From the human T2T-CHM13v2.0 reference genome, Homo sapiens, in the NCBI RefSeq assembly GCF_009914755.1, contig NC_060932.1: a DNA stretch of 64,000 bases; one strand, 5' to 3'. Within the stretch, counting starts at the first letter, position 1; each line of letters opens with the position of its first letter. Positions 46,553 through 62,455 of the stretch are shown here, one piece after another. Both the position numbers and the translations under genes were made by a program. The notes beneath the pieces were generated by a model. The model saw only the letters and a list, made by a program, of their open reading frames with translations. It was not told where the DNA came from and ran no database searches.

Positions 46553-46973
46553 TCAGTGGATGGGTGCCTATAATTTCTAAGGGAAATAGAGTATAATCCA
46601 AGAATTTTATAGCCAGCTAAATTATTGCCCAATCAAAATAGGCAAAAGACACATGCTGAAGAACTTAAAGAATACAGTATTTCTGAGCTCTTTAAAAAAA
46701 AAAAGTCTTCATAATAAAATTTAGTCAGCCAAGAAATTAAAAAATAAGCAACTTGTGAATTGAATGACCATGACAAAAGGCTAGTGATAGGACTATGATT
46801 GCAGAACAGAAAGAGAAGGTGGTCAACCTTAACAACATAAAACAACCTAGAAATAACTAGTTTCCAGAGGTAAAGAGAGGGACTGTAGGAAGTAGAATTG
46901 CTAATGCCCTTTATTAAGTCAATTAATCAGGTCTAAAATTGAAACGTGATTTTAAATATATAACTTCTTGTTT

Positions 46974-47190
46974 ATTTTCCTCCCTAACTACCTGAGGATC
47001 AACCACCAACATGAATGACACAGTGACTACCTGGACCAGGAAGTTCATGACCAATCGACCGTTCCAGAGGAAACAAATGGTCACCAATGTCCTTCACCCC
47101 GGAAAGGCAACAAAATGTACAAGACAACAATGGATGTCATCTTCATATTAATAGTTGGACTCAGAACCCATTTTGGTGGTGGTTAAACAA
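46974..47190 (+). pseudogene. RPS24: RPS24 processed pseudogene fragment (5' part, internally deleted)
   Basis: From ATG 47011: [33 protein letters not shown], then [11 protein letters not shown] and RTHFGGG. Pyrimidine-rich 5' UTR, intronless. Confidence 0.88.
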
Positions 47191-47191
47191 T

Positions 47192-47456
47192 CGTCACCCA
47201 CATTGGAGTGCAGTGGTACGATCTCAGCTCACCAAATCTCTGCCTCCCAGGCTTAAGCAATTCTCCTGCCTCAGCCTCCCCCGCAGCTAGGATTACAGGC
47301 ACGCACCACTACTGCCTGGCTAATTTTTATGTTTTTAGTAGAGATGGGGTTTCACCTTGTTGGCCAGGCTGGTCTTGAACTCCTGACCTCAAATGATCCA
47401 CCCGCCTTGGCCTCCCAAAGTGCTAAGATTACAGGCATGGGTCACTGTGCCCAGCC
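47192..47456 (-). mobile_element. Alu lacking its tail
   Basis: Antisense Alu fused directly to the RPS24 fragment. Confidence 0.88.
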
Positions 47457-48049
47457 TTTTCTGTATTAAATTTTTTAAAACACAACATTTAAAATAATCA
47501 AGTCATTCTTTTTGAATCTACTTTGTATTATAGGTATCCAAATACTCACCTATTCTCTCTCACATGATGACAAACTCGTTGAAATGTCATTTCATTTTGT
47601 GGCTCCAGCCCCAGGGATTCTGAGTCTGATTCTAAAGGGCCTGCATGCAGAGCAAGCAAGCCGCCTGGATGATTCTCTTACAGGTGTTTTAAGGGCATCA
47701 GTTTGAGACACCCTGATGCAAAAGAACGAACCCTCAAGGAATTTGGCTGTACATGTATTTTCCTTCCTAGCACAGGAAAAGACAGAAAGATTATCCAATC
47801 AGTACCACTCATAGCACCTGATTATATATGTATGAGGAATTCAGAAATGGTTTGATCAAGGTTGAAGACCTAAAAAGTAGCTTTTCTCTCGGACACCAAG
47901 TCCCCATCTCATGCGTGGTTGAGTTAGTAGAATCTGAGGATGATGCTTCTTCCTCCAGGATTGGTATCCTATGGTTTTTGTTGTTCAGTAAATGAAGTAC
48001 CTCCATCCCCCAACATCCCCAAGCTCAATTCCAGTTTCCTCACATACAC

Positions 48050-48356
<307 letters not shown>

Positions 48357-49260
48357 CCCTCACTTACACTTTTACAGAAGATCTGATCATACCCACTCCG
48401 CAGAAGTCAGAATGGCCCCCACATGGTGTTAAACGGGAGTGAAAACTTGAGTTCAATCAACTGAGGGTGACACAGAAACATTTCCCCCAAAACGCTTTTG
48501 GCAGCTCTGCTGATCCATAACCTGGCTCCATTTCAGGGCAAGACCTCCACTTAAGCTGCACTGGCTTCCACTAGAGTAAATCACATTAACTCATGGCAAA
48601 CACAACTGCAGGGCAAAAAGATTCTTTTTAAAAGGATTTTAGTCTCTCACTTACCAACACACCCTGGCCTCCCTAGAGCCGGACTCCATTCAGCACCTGT
48701 TCCACTGAGCACCCACTGAAAGCTCAGCTCATGAGCTGAGATGACCCAGACATCAAGGAGTTTACAATCCAGGGGAAGAACAGACCTGAATACAAGTGAT
48801 GACAATACAAGACGGAGTCAAAGAGCCCAACTTGAAGTATCAGCAGAATAGCACCAAAGACTAGTTCCCAACCCAGCTCCCAGCGCCAGAGCCAGAGCCA
48901 GGCTGGCTGCATGAGATCAGCTGGGAGCTTTTGCAAACCTAGGTCCTAGCTAAGCCCCTAATCATCAGACTGGCAGTCACTGGGAGTGAGCTCCAGGAAC
49001 TCTTTTATTTAATAAGCACCCACACACACATGATTCTGATGTTCCTAAGGGTTGTAGAAACATGGAACTATAGAAAACACTTAAAAAAAAAAGGCACTAA
49101 AAGAAACCTATAAATATTCACTACAATCCCAGGCATCATGAGGACACTCCACGTGCACTATTTACAATACTTAGAATATCCTGCAAGGGAAGCATTCATT
49201 CATGACGATGGGCTTTATTGGGATCAGAGCCAGCCCTGGGAATATTTGAACCCGCGCTGA

Positions 49261-49649
<389 letters not shown>

Positions 49650-50105
49650 TCAGACTTTCAAGTAAAGCCACAATGGACCACAGAGCTTAGACATCAGGGC
49701 TAACATGGAATCTCTGTCATTAAATCTTGAGATCTTACTATCTTTGGTCAAAGAAAAAAATAATCACAAATGACATTTTGAGGACAAGACATCTGAATGT
49801 AAACTTGATCTTAGAGGATATTAAGGAATTACTGGTAATTTGATTAGGTATGACAATGATCATATAAAAAGTGCCCTCATGTTTTTAGAGGGAAAGTAAA
49901 TTACGTAGGGATGAATATCAGGATGCAATTACATAACTACTGTCAACTATTTTGTAAATACTTCAGAAAAACAAATGAAGTAAATATTGCAAATGTTAAT
50001 AGTTTTTAAATCTATGTGATGGGTATATGATAGCTCATTAAACTGGTGTCTCTACTTTTATGTTTATTGAAAAGTATTTGTAATAATAATAAAAAAAAAA
50101 ACCTT

Positions 50106-50405
50106 GGCCAGGCACAGCAGCTCATGCCTGTAATCTCAGCACTTTGGGAGGCCGAGGTGGATGGAGGACTGCTTGAGCCCAGCAGTTTGAGACCAGCCTA
50201 GGCAACATGGTGAAACCTCATCTCTACAAAAAATAGACAAATTAGTCAGACATGGTGGTGTGCATCTGCAGTCCCAGCTACTCAGGAGGCTGAGGTGGGA
50301 GGATCACCTGAGCCCAGAAGGTCAAGGCTGCAGTGAGCCAAGGTCACGCCACTGCACTTCAGCCTGGGCGACAGACCCTGTCTCAAACAAACAAGCAAAC
50401 AAAAA
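50106..50405 (+). mobile_element. AluJ
   Basis: Sense Alu following an L1M 3' end. Confidence 0.88.
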
Positions 50406-51175
50406 CCCTCTTGATCCCATTTCCCAAAAAACGATTTTTTTGAGATCTTATCATCTCCTGGCTTGGTGCAGAGTACAGGAAATCGAGACAAAGTACAACA
50501 CACAAGGAATAAGGAGGGAGGGAAGCGTGGGGGAGGCTGACATCATGGACTCTCCCAGCTCAGTCGACCCATGCGCCTTCCTTCATGGAAGAAAGGAATG
50601 GAAGATGAATCATGCCTTCAGCACAGAGAGACCTTCCTCACTAGTAAATGCGCCTCCAGAAATGTCCAAGAACTCAGTGCCAGAGCCAGGCTGGCTGCAT
50701 GAGAATCACCTGCGAGCTTTTGCAAACATAGGCCCCTACTGGCTCCAAATGTATTCGTCTCTTGGAGAGGAGGAGAGAGGCAGAACAAGGAAAAGGATGG
50801 GAAGAAACCAGCCTTGTGCACAGGAGGATGCTGGGATTCCTCCTGCAAGTTTAGCGCAATGCAGCCTATTTTACAAGGTCACAGAAGCTCAGAGAGGTAA
50901 ACCTGCCCAGGTTCTCATAGCTTGTAAGTGACAAAACAAAACCCGCCCAAGTCTCTGTCTCTAGAGATATTTCCACTTGCTTTAACTCTGGAGCTGTCTT
51001 AGTTGTAAAGACAGATTCCACTCCTCACTCACTTTTGTTTGCAGATATTGCCTAAGGTCCCTTGTGAATATTTAGGTCAGGGCTTTTTTTTTTTTTTTGA
51101 GTTTTTTTTTGTTTGTTTGTTTGTTTTTAAAAAAGCAATCTTGTAGAAAGAACCCAAAGTGGCTCCCCATTTTAA

Positions 51176-51620
<445 letters not shown>

Positions 51621-52534
51621 ACTTTGCTATTTTTTTAATAGACAGCTTCGAGGTCCAGTATGATTTCACAGATTAGGAAACATCACAGGCAAAGAAGAAC
51701 ACTTTGCATTCAAATAGTAGAATGTTTTTGTTTTCAAGGAGCTCTCACCTGCCATCTAATCTTGTCTTCCTAGCAGTCCTGGGAGAGAAGCAGATGTGGT
51801 TTCCAATCCCACTTTCCAAAAGAGGAGACTGAGGCAGAGGCTTTGCAGATACACAGAGGACATGTGAGGACAGGTGAAGGTCATGATCATTGTCAGCGCC
51901 CTCCCCCAACTTGACATTCCCAGACCTAGTGGACTTCCAAACAGAGGAGACAGAAGAACTGATCAATCAATTCTGCCATGGGTGCCAGGACCCAATTTTT
52001 CCCTGGCTAACTCGGTCACATCCTGTCTGGGATCTCCAACTACTACCCATCCCACAAGTCTCAGCTAAAACAGGAATTCAACGGGGAACATTTTTCTGAG
52101 GCTCCAGGATTGGGCCAGGCCCTCTCCATGGCTGTCTGACCTTCCCCTAATGCAGAACTTAGCGTCTGTATGTCACTATTGGTTCAAACATGTGCCTTTC
52201 ATATGCTCTCCACGTTATCTGCAGCATCTGCCAAGAATAATAATGAATGGTAAAACCTAATCTCTATTGAGTGCCGATGATGCACTTTTAATGTGACATC
52301 TTATTTAATCCTCACTATATCTGCAAGAGTAGAAGCTATTAATAGCCAATTTTCAGATAAGAAAGTCAAAGCACAGTTTCTATAACTTACCCAAGCAGCT
52401 AGCTAGGAGGCAGCTCAGTTTGAGCCCAGGGAATCATATTCCAGAGATCATGTTCTCAATTACTAGAGCAGGTACCTCCCCAGAATCTAGCAGGTGGTTA
52501 ACGAGTCTTTGTGGAATAAATGAACAGAAGGACA

Positions 52535-52935
52535 ACAGATGGATGGATACATAGGTGGATGGGTGGATAATGGGTGGGCGGGCAGGTGGACGAATGAATG
52601 GATGGTTGAGTCAGTGAAGGGATGGCTGAGTGGGTGGAGAAATGGATGAGTGGGTGAGGGGTTGGAGGGATAAATGGATGGATGGGTGGGTGGATAGATG
52701 GTTAGATGAGTAAACGGGTGGATAGATGCATGGGTGAGTGGATGGATAGAGGGTGGTGGTGGATGGGTAGGTGGATGATAGCTGGGTGTATAAGAGAGTG
52801 GGTTGGATGGATAGATTGGTGGGTGGGTAGATAGATGGGTGGGTGGTTGGATGTATGCATGTCTGGATGGATGGATGGATGGACGGATGGAAGGAAGGAA
52901 GGGTGGATGGATGGATAGACAGATGAACAGATAGA
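52535..52935. repeat. Degenerate (TGGA)n/(TGGG)n microsatellite
   Basis: ~400 bp of GGAT/GGGT/GAAT tetramers. Confidence 0.92.
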
Positions 52936-54792
52936 CTTGGGCATTTATTCGGGGTCCTCCAAAGAATTGAGTTATTTCCCTAGGGTGTCTCATCACCTGC
53001 AGGTAGGTGGGCAAGGGGGCTTGCCTCTGTAATACTCATGATTATGGGTAGTGCTCAGCCTTAGTCACCACTCTCAGAACACTTTATTGACTAGGAAAGT
53101 CAAAACTGGCATTGATAACTAACGGAAATTGCAGCTAAAACTAACAGAAGATGTTGAGCTGATGACAGCTGGGCAACCAATAATCAATAACTTGGCTGTG
53201 TCATGTTACTGCCATGCTGGGCAGGTAGAACCAGGGGTTCCTTAATCCCTCCTTCACATTAAGGATGCTTATCAAGACTTCCCCAACCATGGAGACAGGG
53301 ATATTATCAAATACTTGCAGTTCACCCCAAAAGGCTCACCCTCTTCGTTCCACCTGCACATGACCTTCAGCTCAAAGACATTTCCAGTCCTCCAGGTCAG
53401 CCCTTCTTCCAGCCTTTGAATTAACCCTGATGACTGCCTGCCCATTAAGTGTCTTCACCATTCATCACATAGCCTTTTCCAAGGCTTTCCTTCAATCCAG
53501 CCCTCACTAAACGCTGGAACTGTTGTTGACAAAATCCAGAACAAGCTGGGTGGGGGATGCAGTTGGGAAGCAGGCTGTAGTAATGGGGAAAAATTCTAAG
53601 CAATCTCGAACACAGAAAATAAACTGAACAGGTAAGAGAGAGGCAGTCAAGAGAAGAAGTGTGAATTTTGCATAACTGAAGCTGAAGAAGATCGGGGGGC
53701 ATGGCAGACTACAAGATAAATATGATATAGACTCCTTTTTAAAAAAGTATAAACATCCACCCTTTCCTACTGACAACTGTGCTTCAAATATTGCTAAGGT
53801 CTTTACTAAAGGTGAGTCAGAAAAACTGGGTATTTTATGCAATACAGTAAGAAGGCCCATAGGCAAGTATGTTCCTGACACCACCTTCTAGGATAAGCCC
53901 TGAGATTCTGGTTACTCCTATCCTAAACTTGTCTCTCACTCCTGCTGTTGGAGAGCTACCATGAGAGAAGAACCATAGTGAAGTGGTTAAGAGTGTGCAC
54001 CCAGCGACTGGCCAGATGACCACAAACCATCACTATCTAATACTGAGCAAGTTACATAATGTTTCCGAGCCTCAACTTTCTCATCTGTAAAATGGGTATG
54101 TTGTCATTCATTAATCAAATTCTAGGTAAGCATATACTAAACACCAGAGACACAAATGAGAATCAGAACAGGCACGTCCCTGGCCCTTATGGTGACCACA
54201 GTCTTGAAGGGGAAGGATGACACGCAGAGAAATAGGAAGCCGTAGCTGAGCTACTTTCTACTACAGAGAGGCAGCTGGTGTCATGAAAGCAGATAACAGG
54301 GGGTTACTGGGACTGAGTCAGTGTGGCCAGAAGTCCCTGAGGATGTAGTGACTCCAGTGTCAGATGAGACCGTGACCAGGTGAAGAAGCAGGGAGAGGGA
54401 AAATTTTTCAGGCAGAAAGAGCAGGATGTGCAAAGACCCTATGGCAGAAAGAAAACAAAGGAAGTGCAAGAGCCTGAAAGAGGCCAGAGAGAGCAAGTGA
54501 AAATATGGATAATCACAGCACCGACCTCATACAGGACTTGCAAGAAATCGAGACCCTGTCTGTAACAGATTCAGCAATGACTAAATAGAAACTATCTCCT
54601 AAAAGCACACGATGAGGTTCCTTGGTGGTATTTCCCACATGGGGCTGCCATGCATTCAGAGGCCAAGTTCAACCTGTCTGTAGACAACCTCCAAGCCAGC
54701 TGGACACACATACACCCTCAGGCTCAGGATACCCAGGACAGAGTCCTGGATGCTTGAAGTCATGATAAGTATGCAGAATGACACAGAATTCC

Positions 54793-55106
<314 letters not shown>

Positions 55107-55784
55107 CTAAAGGGGGAGAAAGGGCTTTCCTCCAAAGCTGGGCCTGGTTTCTACAGAGAGTCTTTCACATGAAAATTAAGCAGCTCTTTGCAAGCACCTC
55201 AGAGGAGAACCCCTCACCCTGATGAATCAGGCACAGGGGCGGATCCAAGACAACTGGCTGCGTGCATGTGAACAAGCCTATGGTGGAAAGGCAGTGCTTT
55301 ATTGTTTGGGGTGGTTTAATCACCAGGAGGGAGAAGCTTCTAAAGCAGCATTCAGAGGTGGCTGTTGCCTGGGTTTTCTGGAAGGGGGAGGTGGTGAGGA
55401 TGAGGGCTTCCCTTTCATCTGCAGGCCCCTTGCAGAAGGAGCTGGGGAAAGCTTTGCAACCATCTGCACACTTTGCCATCTTGTCTGGCTGGGATGCCGA
55501 GCTCCAGATGGGGGCAGATGGGATAGCTCTTGCCACCGTATTTGGAGAGAGATGTCAGGGAAGTCAGCCCCCGTGGAGAAGACAGGAGCAGGCAAGTGCT
55601 GGACAGTGCTGCCCAGGTCCCTGGGGCTGAAGTGTCCAACCCCACAGCCTCTAGGTGCCACTAAAGCAGCCCAAGAGGATCTTCTCTGTCCATCTCCATC
55701 CTGGCACCTACAGACACTTGGAGAGAGTCCTTCACATGGGAACTCACAAATGCACACTGATAACCCCCACACGGAACTCTCATA

Positions 55785-55972
55785 TGTAGCAAGTGAAAAG
55801 ACAGGATGCCAGTTTAACTTGAATTTCAGATAAACAACAAATCATTTTTTAGGGTAAGCAGGTCCCAAATATTGCATGGGATATATTTGCACCAAAAAAA
55901 AAAAAAAAAAAAAAAAGGTTAATGAGAAATTCAGGTTTAATTGGACCTCCTGTATTTTACCTGGCAAGCCTA
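55785..55972. mobile_element. MER53-like palindromic DNA transposon
   Basis: acaggatgccagtttaacttgaatttcag ... gaaattcaggtttaattggacctcctgtatttt form inverted arms. Confidence 0.7.
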
Positions 55973-57356
55973 ACCCTGCATAAACACAACCTCGACCTTG
56001 AAACTCACAGAGAAGCCACGGCCGTGCTCACACACGTGCACAAACCCATATGCCTTACAGAGTCAACGGCTGTGATGAGGGTCCAGACCCTTGCACACTT
56101 TTCTGTCCTCTGTCTGGGCTCAGAGTAAACAGGGGGTCACCTGGAATCCACGTCTAAGCTGGGCTTGGAGGTGTCCTAATGAAGCAGGATGCTGTCCTGC
56201 AATTCCCCAGCTCAGCTAGGACTGTAGCCAGGCCTAGCTTCCAGTCTCGGGCCTAGAACAAACAGCACAGCCCCAGACCTTGGCAAGAAGGTTTCATCTC
56301 AAAGGCCACTGGTGCAGGAACTATTAGAAGCCCCACTTCTTTCCTCTGTTTCTGCTGCCATTGCCCCAGTCTCTGACCCTGACACTCAATCACTCTATTA
56401 TCACAGCAGGTACTAGGGGTGGCTCTGGGCTCGGCACTAAAGACACTGACCCTGGTAAAGCCACAGTCTAGCAATGACAGTCAACCACCTATCAGCAACA
56501 GCCCTGCCCCACACGTGCTGACTGCGCACAAGGCCGGCGCTATGAACGTGCTCTCAACAGTGATCTCACTGAAACCTCATGGCAGCTCTAGGATGCAGAC
56601 AGTAGCATCACATTATCCCCATTTTACTTTTGAGGAAACTGAGGCCTGAAGAAGGCAAATGCAGGCCTCGAGATTTGCAGTAACATTGCCAGGAATGTTT
56701 GAGAAAGCAAACTTCTCCAGAGTGAGGCAGTCTGCCAGAGCTCAGAAGCCAGTGTCCCTGTTAGCAGGGGCTGGGGGCACTGTGGGGTGGAGGCAGACAA
56801 GCAGGTAGGGGCTGGACCCCCCAGGACACCAGGGTGCAGACTGGTGTGAGTAAAAGAAAGAGGGGCTGTCATGCCATCATCTGCAGAAGATGATGTCTAC
56901 AGAGGACAGTACCATGTGAGCCCTTGGGAAGCTGGATGACCGGATGGAGTTTTGCACAGGATGCAAATTGAGCACAGATCCCCCTCTGACCTAGACAGCC
57001 CACTTCCAGGAACATCTCACAGAAATGCAAGCACAGAGCACCAAGTGATGTGTGTGAGGAAATTCATCAGAACACCGTCTGTGATTGGGAAAAGGCGGAA
57101 ACTCTCCAAAGACGTCTCGGTGCAGGGCTGGTTAAACGAAGCGTGGTGCATCCACACGTCAGAATAACTGCAGGGAGAAGAAGGTGGTACCCAGGTTCCA
57201 ACGTGAGACAATGTCAAAGACATGCTGCCTGAAAAACAGGCTTTCCAAAGAATAAATATAGCATTATTGCATTTTTACTTTTTTAAAAAGATTACAATAA
57301 ACACTTATGTGCAAATACATGTGCTTGTGTGCACAGAGGAAAAAGCTGTGGACAGA

Positions 57357-57645
57357 AACAGAAAACCAAACACGGTGTGTTCTCACTCATAAGTGGGAGT
57401 TGAACAATGAGAACACATGGACACAGGGAGGGGAACATCACACACCGGGGCCCATCGGGGGTGGGGGACAAGGCGAGGGAGAGCGTTAGGTCAAATACCT
57501 AATGCATGCGGGGCTTAAAACCTAGATGACGGGTTGATAGGTGCAGCAAACCACCATGACACATGTATATCTATGTAACAAACCTGCACATTCTGCACAT
57601 GTATCTCAGAACGTAGAATAAAAAATAAAAAGAAATCAAAGAAAA
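57357..57645 (+). mobile_element. 5'-truncated L1PA 3' end
   Basis: gttctcactcataagtgggagttgaacaatgagaacacatggacacaggga...aacctgcacattctgcacatgtat followed by an A-rich tail. Confidence 0.92.
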
Positions 57646-57746
57646 AGGTGGGGAGAGGTATACCCCAACCCTTCCCAGTGTTACCTCTGAGATGCAAGAT
57701 CAAGAAAAGCAAATCAAGAGGTAGTTTTGCTTTCTGTTTTCTATAT

Positions 57747-58354
57747 AATTTTTTTTTTTTTTTGGAGACATAGTCTCGCTCTATTGCCCAGTCTGGAGTC
57801 CAGGGACACAATCTCGGCTCACTGCAACCTCCTCTTCACGGCAACCTCCTCCTCACTACAACCTCCTCCTCAGTGCAACCTCCTTCTCACTGCGACCTCC
57901 TCACTGCGACCTCCTCCTCACTGCAACCTCCTCCTCACTGCAACCTCCTACTCATTGCAACCTGCTCCTCACTACAACCTCCTCCTCACAGCAACCTCCT
58001 CCTCACTGCGACCTCCTCCTCACTGCAACCTCCTCCTTACTGCGACCTCCTCCTCACTGCAACCTCCTCCTCACTGCAACCTGCTCCTCACTACAACCTC
58101 CTCCTCACTGCAACCTCCTCCTCATTGCAACCTGCTCCTCACTGCAACCTGCTCCTTCTGGGTTCAAGGGATTCTCTTGCTTCAGCCTCCCAAATAACTA
58201 GGATTACAGGCATGCACCACCAAGCCCGACTAACTTTTGTATTTTTTGTAGAGACAGGGTTTCACTATTTTGGCCACCTGGTCTCAAACTCCTGGCCTGC
58301 CCACCTTAGCCTCCAAAAGTCCTGGGATTACAGGTGTGAGCCACCATGCCTGGC
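57747..58354 (-). mobile_element. Alu containing an internal minisatellite
   Basis: Antisense Alu expanded to ~600 bp. Confidence 0.88.
57819..58156. repeat. 17-bp minisatellite (ACTGCAACCTCCTCCTC)n, about 20 copies
   Basis: Direct tandem units. The ORF translation shows a 17-aa period (SLQPPPHCNLLLTATSS), equal to 3 x 17 nt. Confidence 0.95.
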
Positions 58355-58920
58355 CTGCATTGCTTGAATTCTCAGACCACATGGACCCTCTCATCTGGCC
58401 CAATTGCAAGAGTCCAAGGCAGGAAAGGCAGAAGGCAGGGGCTTACCCCTCCATCAGGACAACATAGAACGGAGTCAAAAAAGGAAAACATGAATGGATC
58501 AGTCAAGAGGGCCGTGCACATGCCCTCCCAGGCACCTACACCTTGCAACTTAAGCCGACAGCCTTTCAAGCCACAGAGTCTTCCTCCCCAGAGACTAGCA
58601 AGGACACAAGCCCTGGCCAGGCCCTTCCAGGAAGATGTTCTGAGGGACAAGGTGGGGGGCACAGTCAGGGGTGGCAGGAGGAAAGGGGGACACGAAGCCA
58701 AGGAAACCAGGGCACCACATGCTTCCTGAAGGCAACTAGAACAGGGCGCCACACAGAGCCCCTGTGTACCTGTTTCTACAACAGCCTGAACACAAGGAAA
58801 AGTAAAACAAGGAAAATACACAAAGCCCAGCCTCACCTGGAGCAGGTTAAATAAAGGTGTGTGAATTTTCCTCATGTCCTTTGGAATTGGAAATCCAAGC
58901 TTCCTCTTCTGTGCCTTTAA

Positions 58921-59670
<750 letters not shown>

Positions 59671-60224
59671 TAAATGCACCATCTCCTTATTAGCATGAGC
59701 TTTTGAGGCAGACACTTAAATATGCATGCCTAGACATTGTAAAACTTGGGGGAAATGTTAATTTCAATAACGCCACTTCTTGTGCTTGCAGAAACCATTC
59801 TTTTATCTCCCTTCCTAGTCATTTGCGGGCTCCATCCCTCAGAGTGGCAGCGCCAAGACAGCCGGCCTCACTGGGTTTTGTAAGCTGTGCAAGGTGAGAT
59901 CCCAAGCCCTGGCCTGGAGACCCATCTTAGGAAAATGTTAGAACAGGGCAACAAGTTGCCATTTCCTCCCTCCTTTCTCTTCCCCACACAAAAATCAGAA
60001 AGCACCCTTGCCCAGTGCCCAGCCACAGTGAGGAATAAACCCCACACAAAATCCTGGGTTGTGCCCCTGATACCAAAGACCTGCAAAATTGGGCCTCACC
60101 TGCTGCAACCTCAGCCCAGACTTGTGTACATTTCAAGGGTGGCTGGACTCATGGCGGCCTGGGACGTCAGAGTGGTACGAAGTCCTCTTAACCTAAGACT
60201 GTCAGGGTACAAGGATCAGCATTT

Positions 60225-60425
60225 TTTTCCTTTCTCTCCAGGGCCAGATGGTAAATAGTTGAGCTTTGCAGGCCATAGGTCTCTGTCCCAAATATTCAAC
60301 TCTCCATTGTAGCAGGAAAGCAGCCACAGACAATAGGTACTGAAATGGGTGTGGCTGTGTTCCAATAAAACTTTATTTGTGTGAACAGGCAGGGGGCTGG
60401 TTCTGGCCTGTGGGCTATAGCCTGC
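60225..60425. mobile_element. MER58A-like DNA transposon
   Basis: gggccagatggtaaata...ctttgcaggccata..gtggctgtgttccaataaaactttatt. Confidence 0.75.
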
Positions 60426-60829
60426 CTCCTCTGCTACAGGGTGATCTCCAAGGACCCATCCATCTTGTAGACCAGCAGCTGGCACACAGGAGCTGCTCAG
60501 ATACTTGAAGGAGGAATGGAGAAGGCAAACAGCCCCCAGTGTGCAGATGTGAGGGTCTCCCAGCGGCACCATCCTTCGCCATCTCATGCCGAGGGACAAA
60601 GCCAGAGCAGGGCTCTCCACCAAGGCTGGGTTCTCCTCCAAGGAAATGTGATAACAGGACAGAAAGCATCGTGGAAGGATAGGGGCTTTGGAGTCCCACA
60701 AACCACAGTTTGCAGGACCAGGAGCATCCTGCACTTCCTTGCACACATCCTGGGTGGGTACTGGAGCATCTAGACTTAGAGTGAATCTTCTCCCCATCCT
60801 CCCCCAACTGGCCTCCATTAAACTTCCAG

Positions 60830-61700
60830 CAACAATGTGGTGTATGTACACAATGGAATACTATTCAGCCTTCAAAAAGAAGGAAATCCTGCCATTTGAG
60901 ACAACATGGATGAGCCTGGAGGATATTATGTTAAGTGAAATAAGCCAGGCACAGAACGACAAATACCACATGATCTCACTTACATGTGGAATCTAAAAAA
61001 GTTGAACTCGGCCAGGCATGGTGGCTCACGCCTGTAATCACAGCACTTTGGGAGGCTGAGACCAGCAGATTGCTTGAGCCCAGGAGTTCGAGACCAGCCT
61101 GCATAACATAGCAATACCCCAACTCTACAAAAAATACAAAAATTAGTGGAGCATGGTAGTGCATGCCTGTACTCCCAGATACTCAGGAGGCTGAGGTGGA
61201 AGGATTGATTGAACTTGGGACATCAAGGCTGCAGTGAGCCATGATCACAACCCTGCACTACAGCCTGGGCAATAGAAGGAGATTTTCTCAAAAAAAAGAA
61301 AAAAAAAAAGAGAAGAAAAAAGTTGAATTCACAGAAGCAGAGTAGAATGATGGTTGCCAGGGTGGGGAAGTGGGCAGATGCCAAAGGACACAGAATGTCA
61401 TTTTTAGAGAAGAATAAGTTCAGGAGATCCATGGGACAACAAGGTACCTATAGTTAATAACAACATATCATACACTTGGAAATCACTAAGAGAGTAGATT
61501 GTTTAAGTGTTCTCACCCCAAAAAGTAAGTCTGGGAGGTGATATGTTATTTAGCTTGATTTAGCCATTTCATAATGTATACATACCTCAATCACATCATG
61601 TTGTATACCCTTTTGTACATAATTTTTGCCAATTCAATAAATTCAACAACTCCAAAAAACAAGACATTCTCTTTACAAAAATAATTATTAAAAATAAAAT
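60830..61700 (+). mobile_element. L1MA 3' end interrupted by an Alu (61010-61320)
   Basis: TMEYYSAFKKKEILPFETTWMSLEDIMLSEISQAQ-type 3' region; Alu TSD AAAAAAGTTGAA(C/T)TC. Confidence 0.85.
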
Positions 61701-61706
61701 TCAGAA

Positions 61707-62072
<366 letters not shown>

Positions 62073-62247
62073 TAAGTGGTAATTGTTCTAACATGTTTTG
62101 GTCAAAATAGTCTCCTTACTTATCCACAATTAAATGGTTAATTGATATTTGATTAGATTTTTATAAAGTTTTCAAATCATGATTGACTTTTCCAATGTAC
62201 AGTAAAATGTGTTTGAAAATATTGCATAAAAATTAATATTTAAAAAT

Positions 62248-62455
<208 letters not shown>

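Noticed and set aside
50260-50931. 223-aa ORF
   Set aside because: Starts within an Alu at a non-ATG codon; no recognisable domain.
55165-55833. Cluster of overlapping 120-203 aa ORFs
   Set aside because: GC-rich unique DNA open on both strands, with no recognisable homology or exon structure.
57727-58367. Periodic ORFs and a CRISPR-like regular repeat
   Set aside because: Head-to-tail 17-bp units with no unique spacers, derived from Alu sequence; no cas genes; primate DNA.
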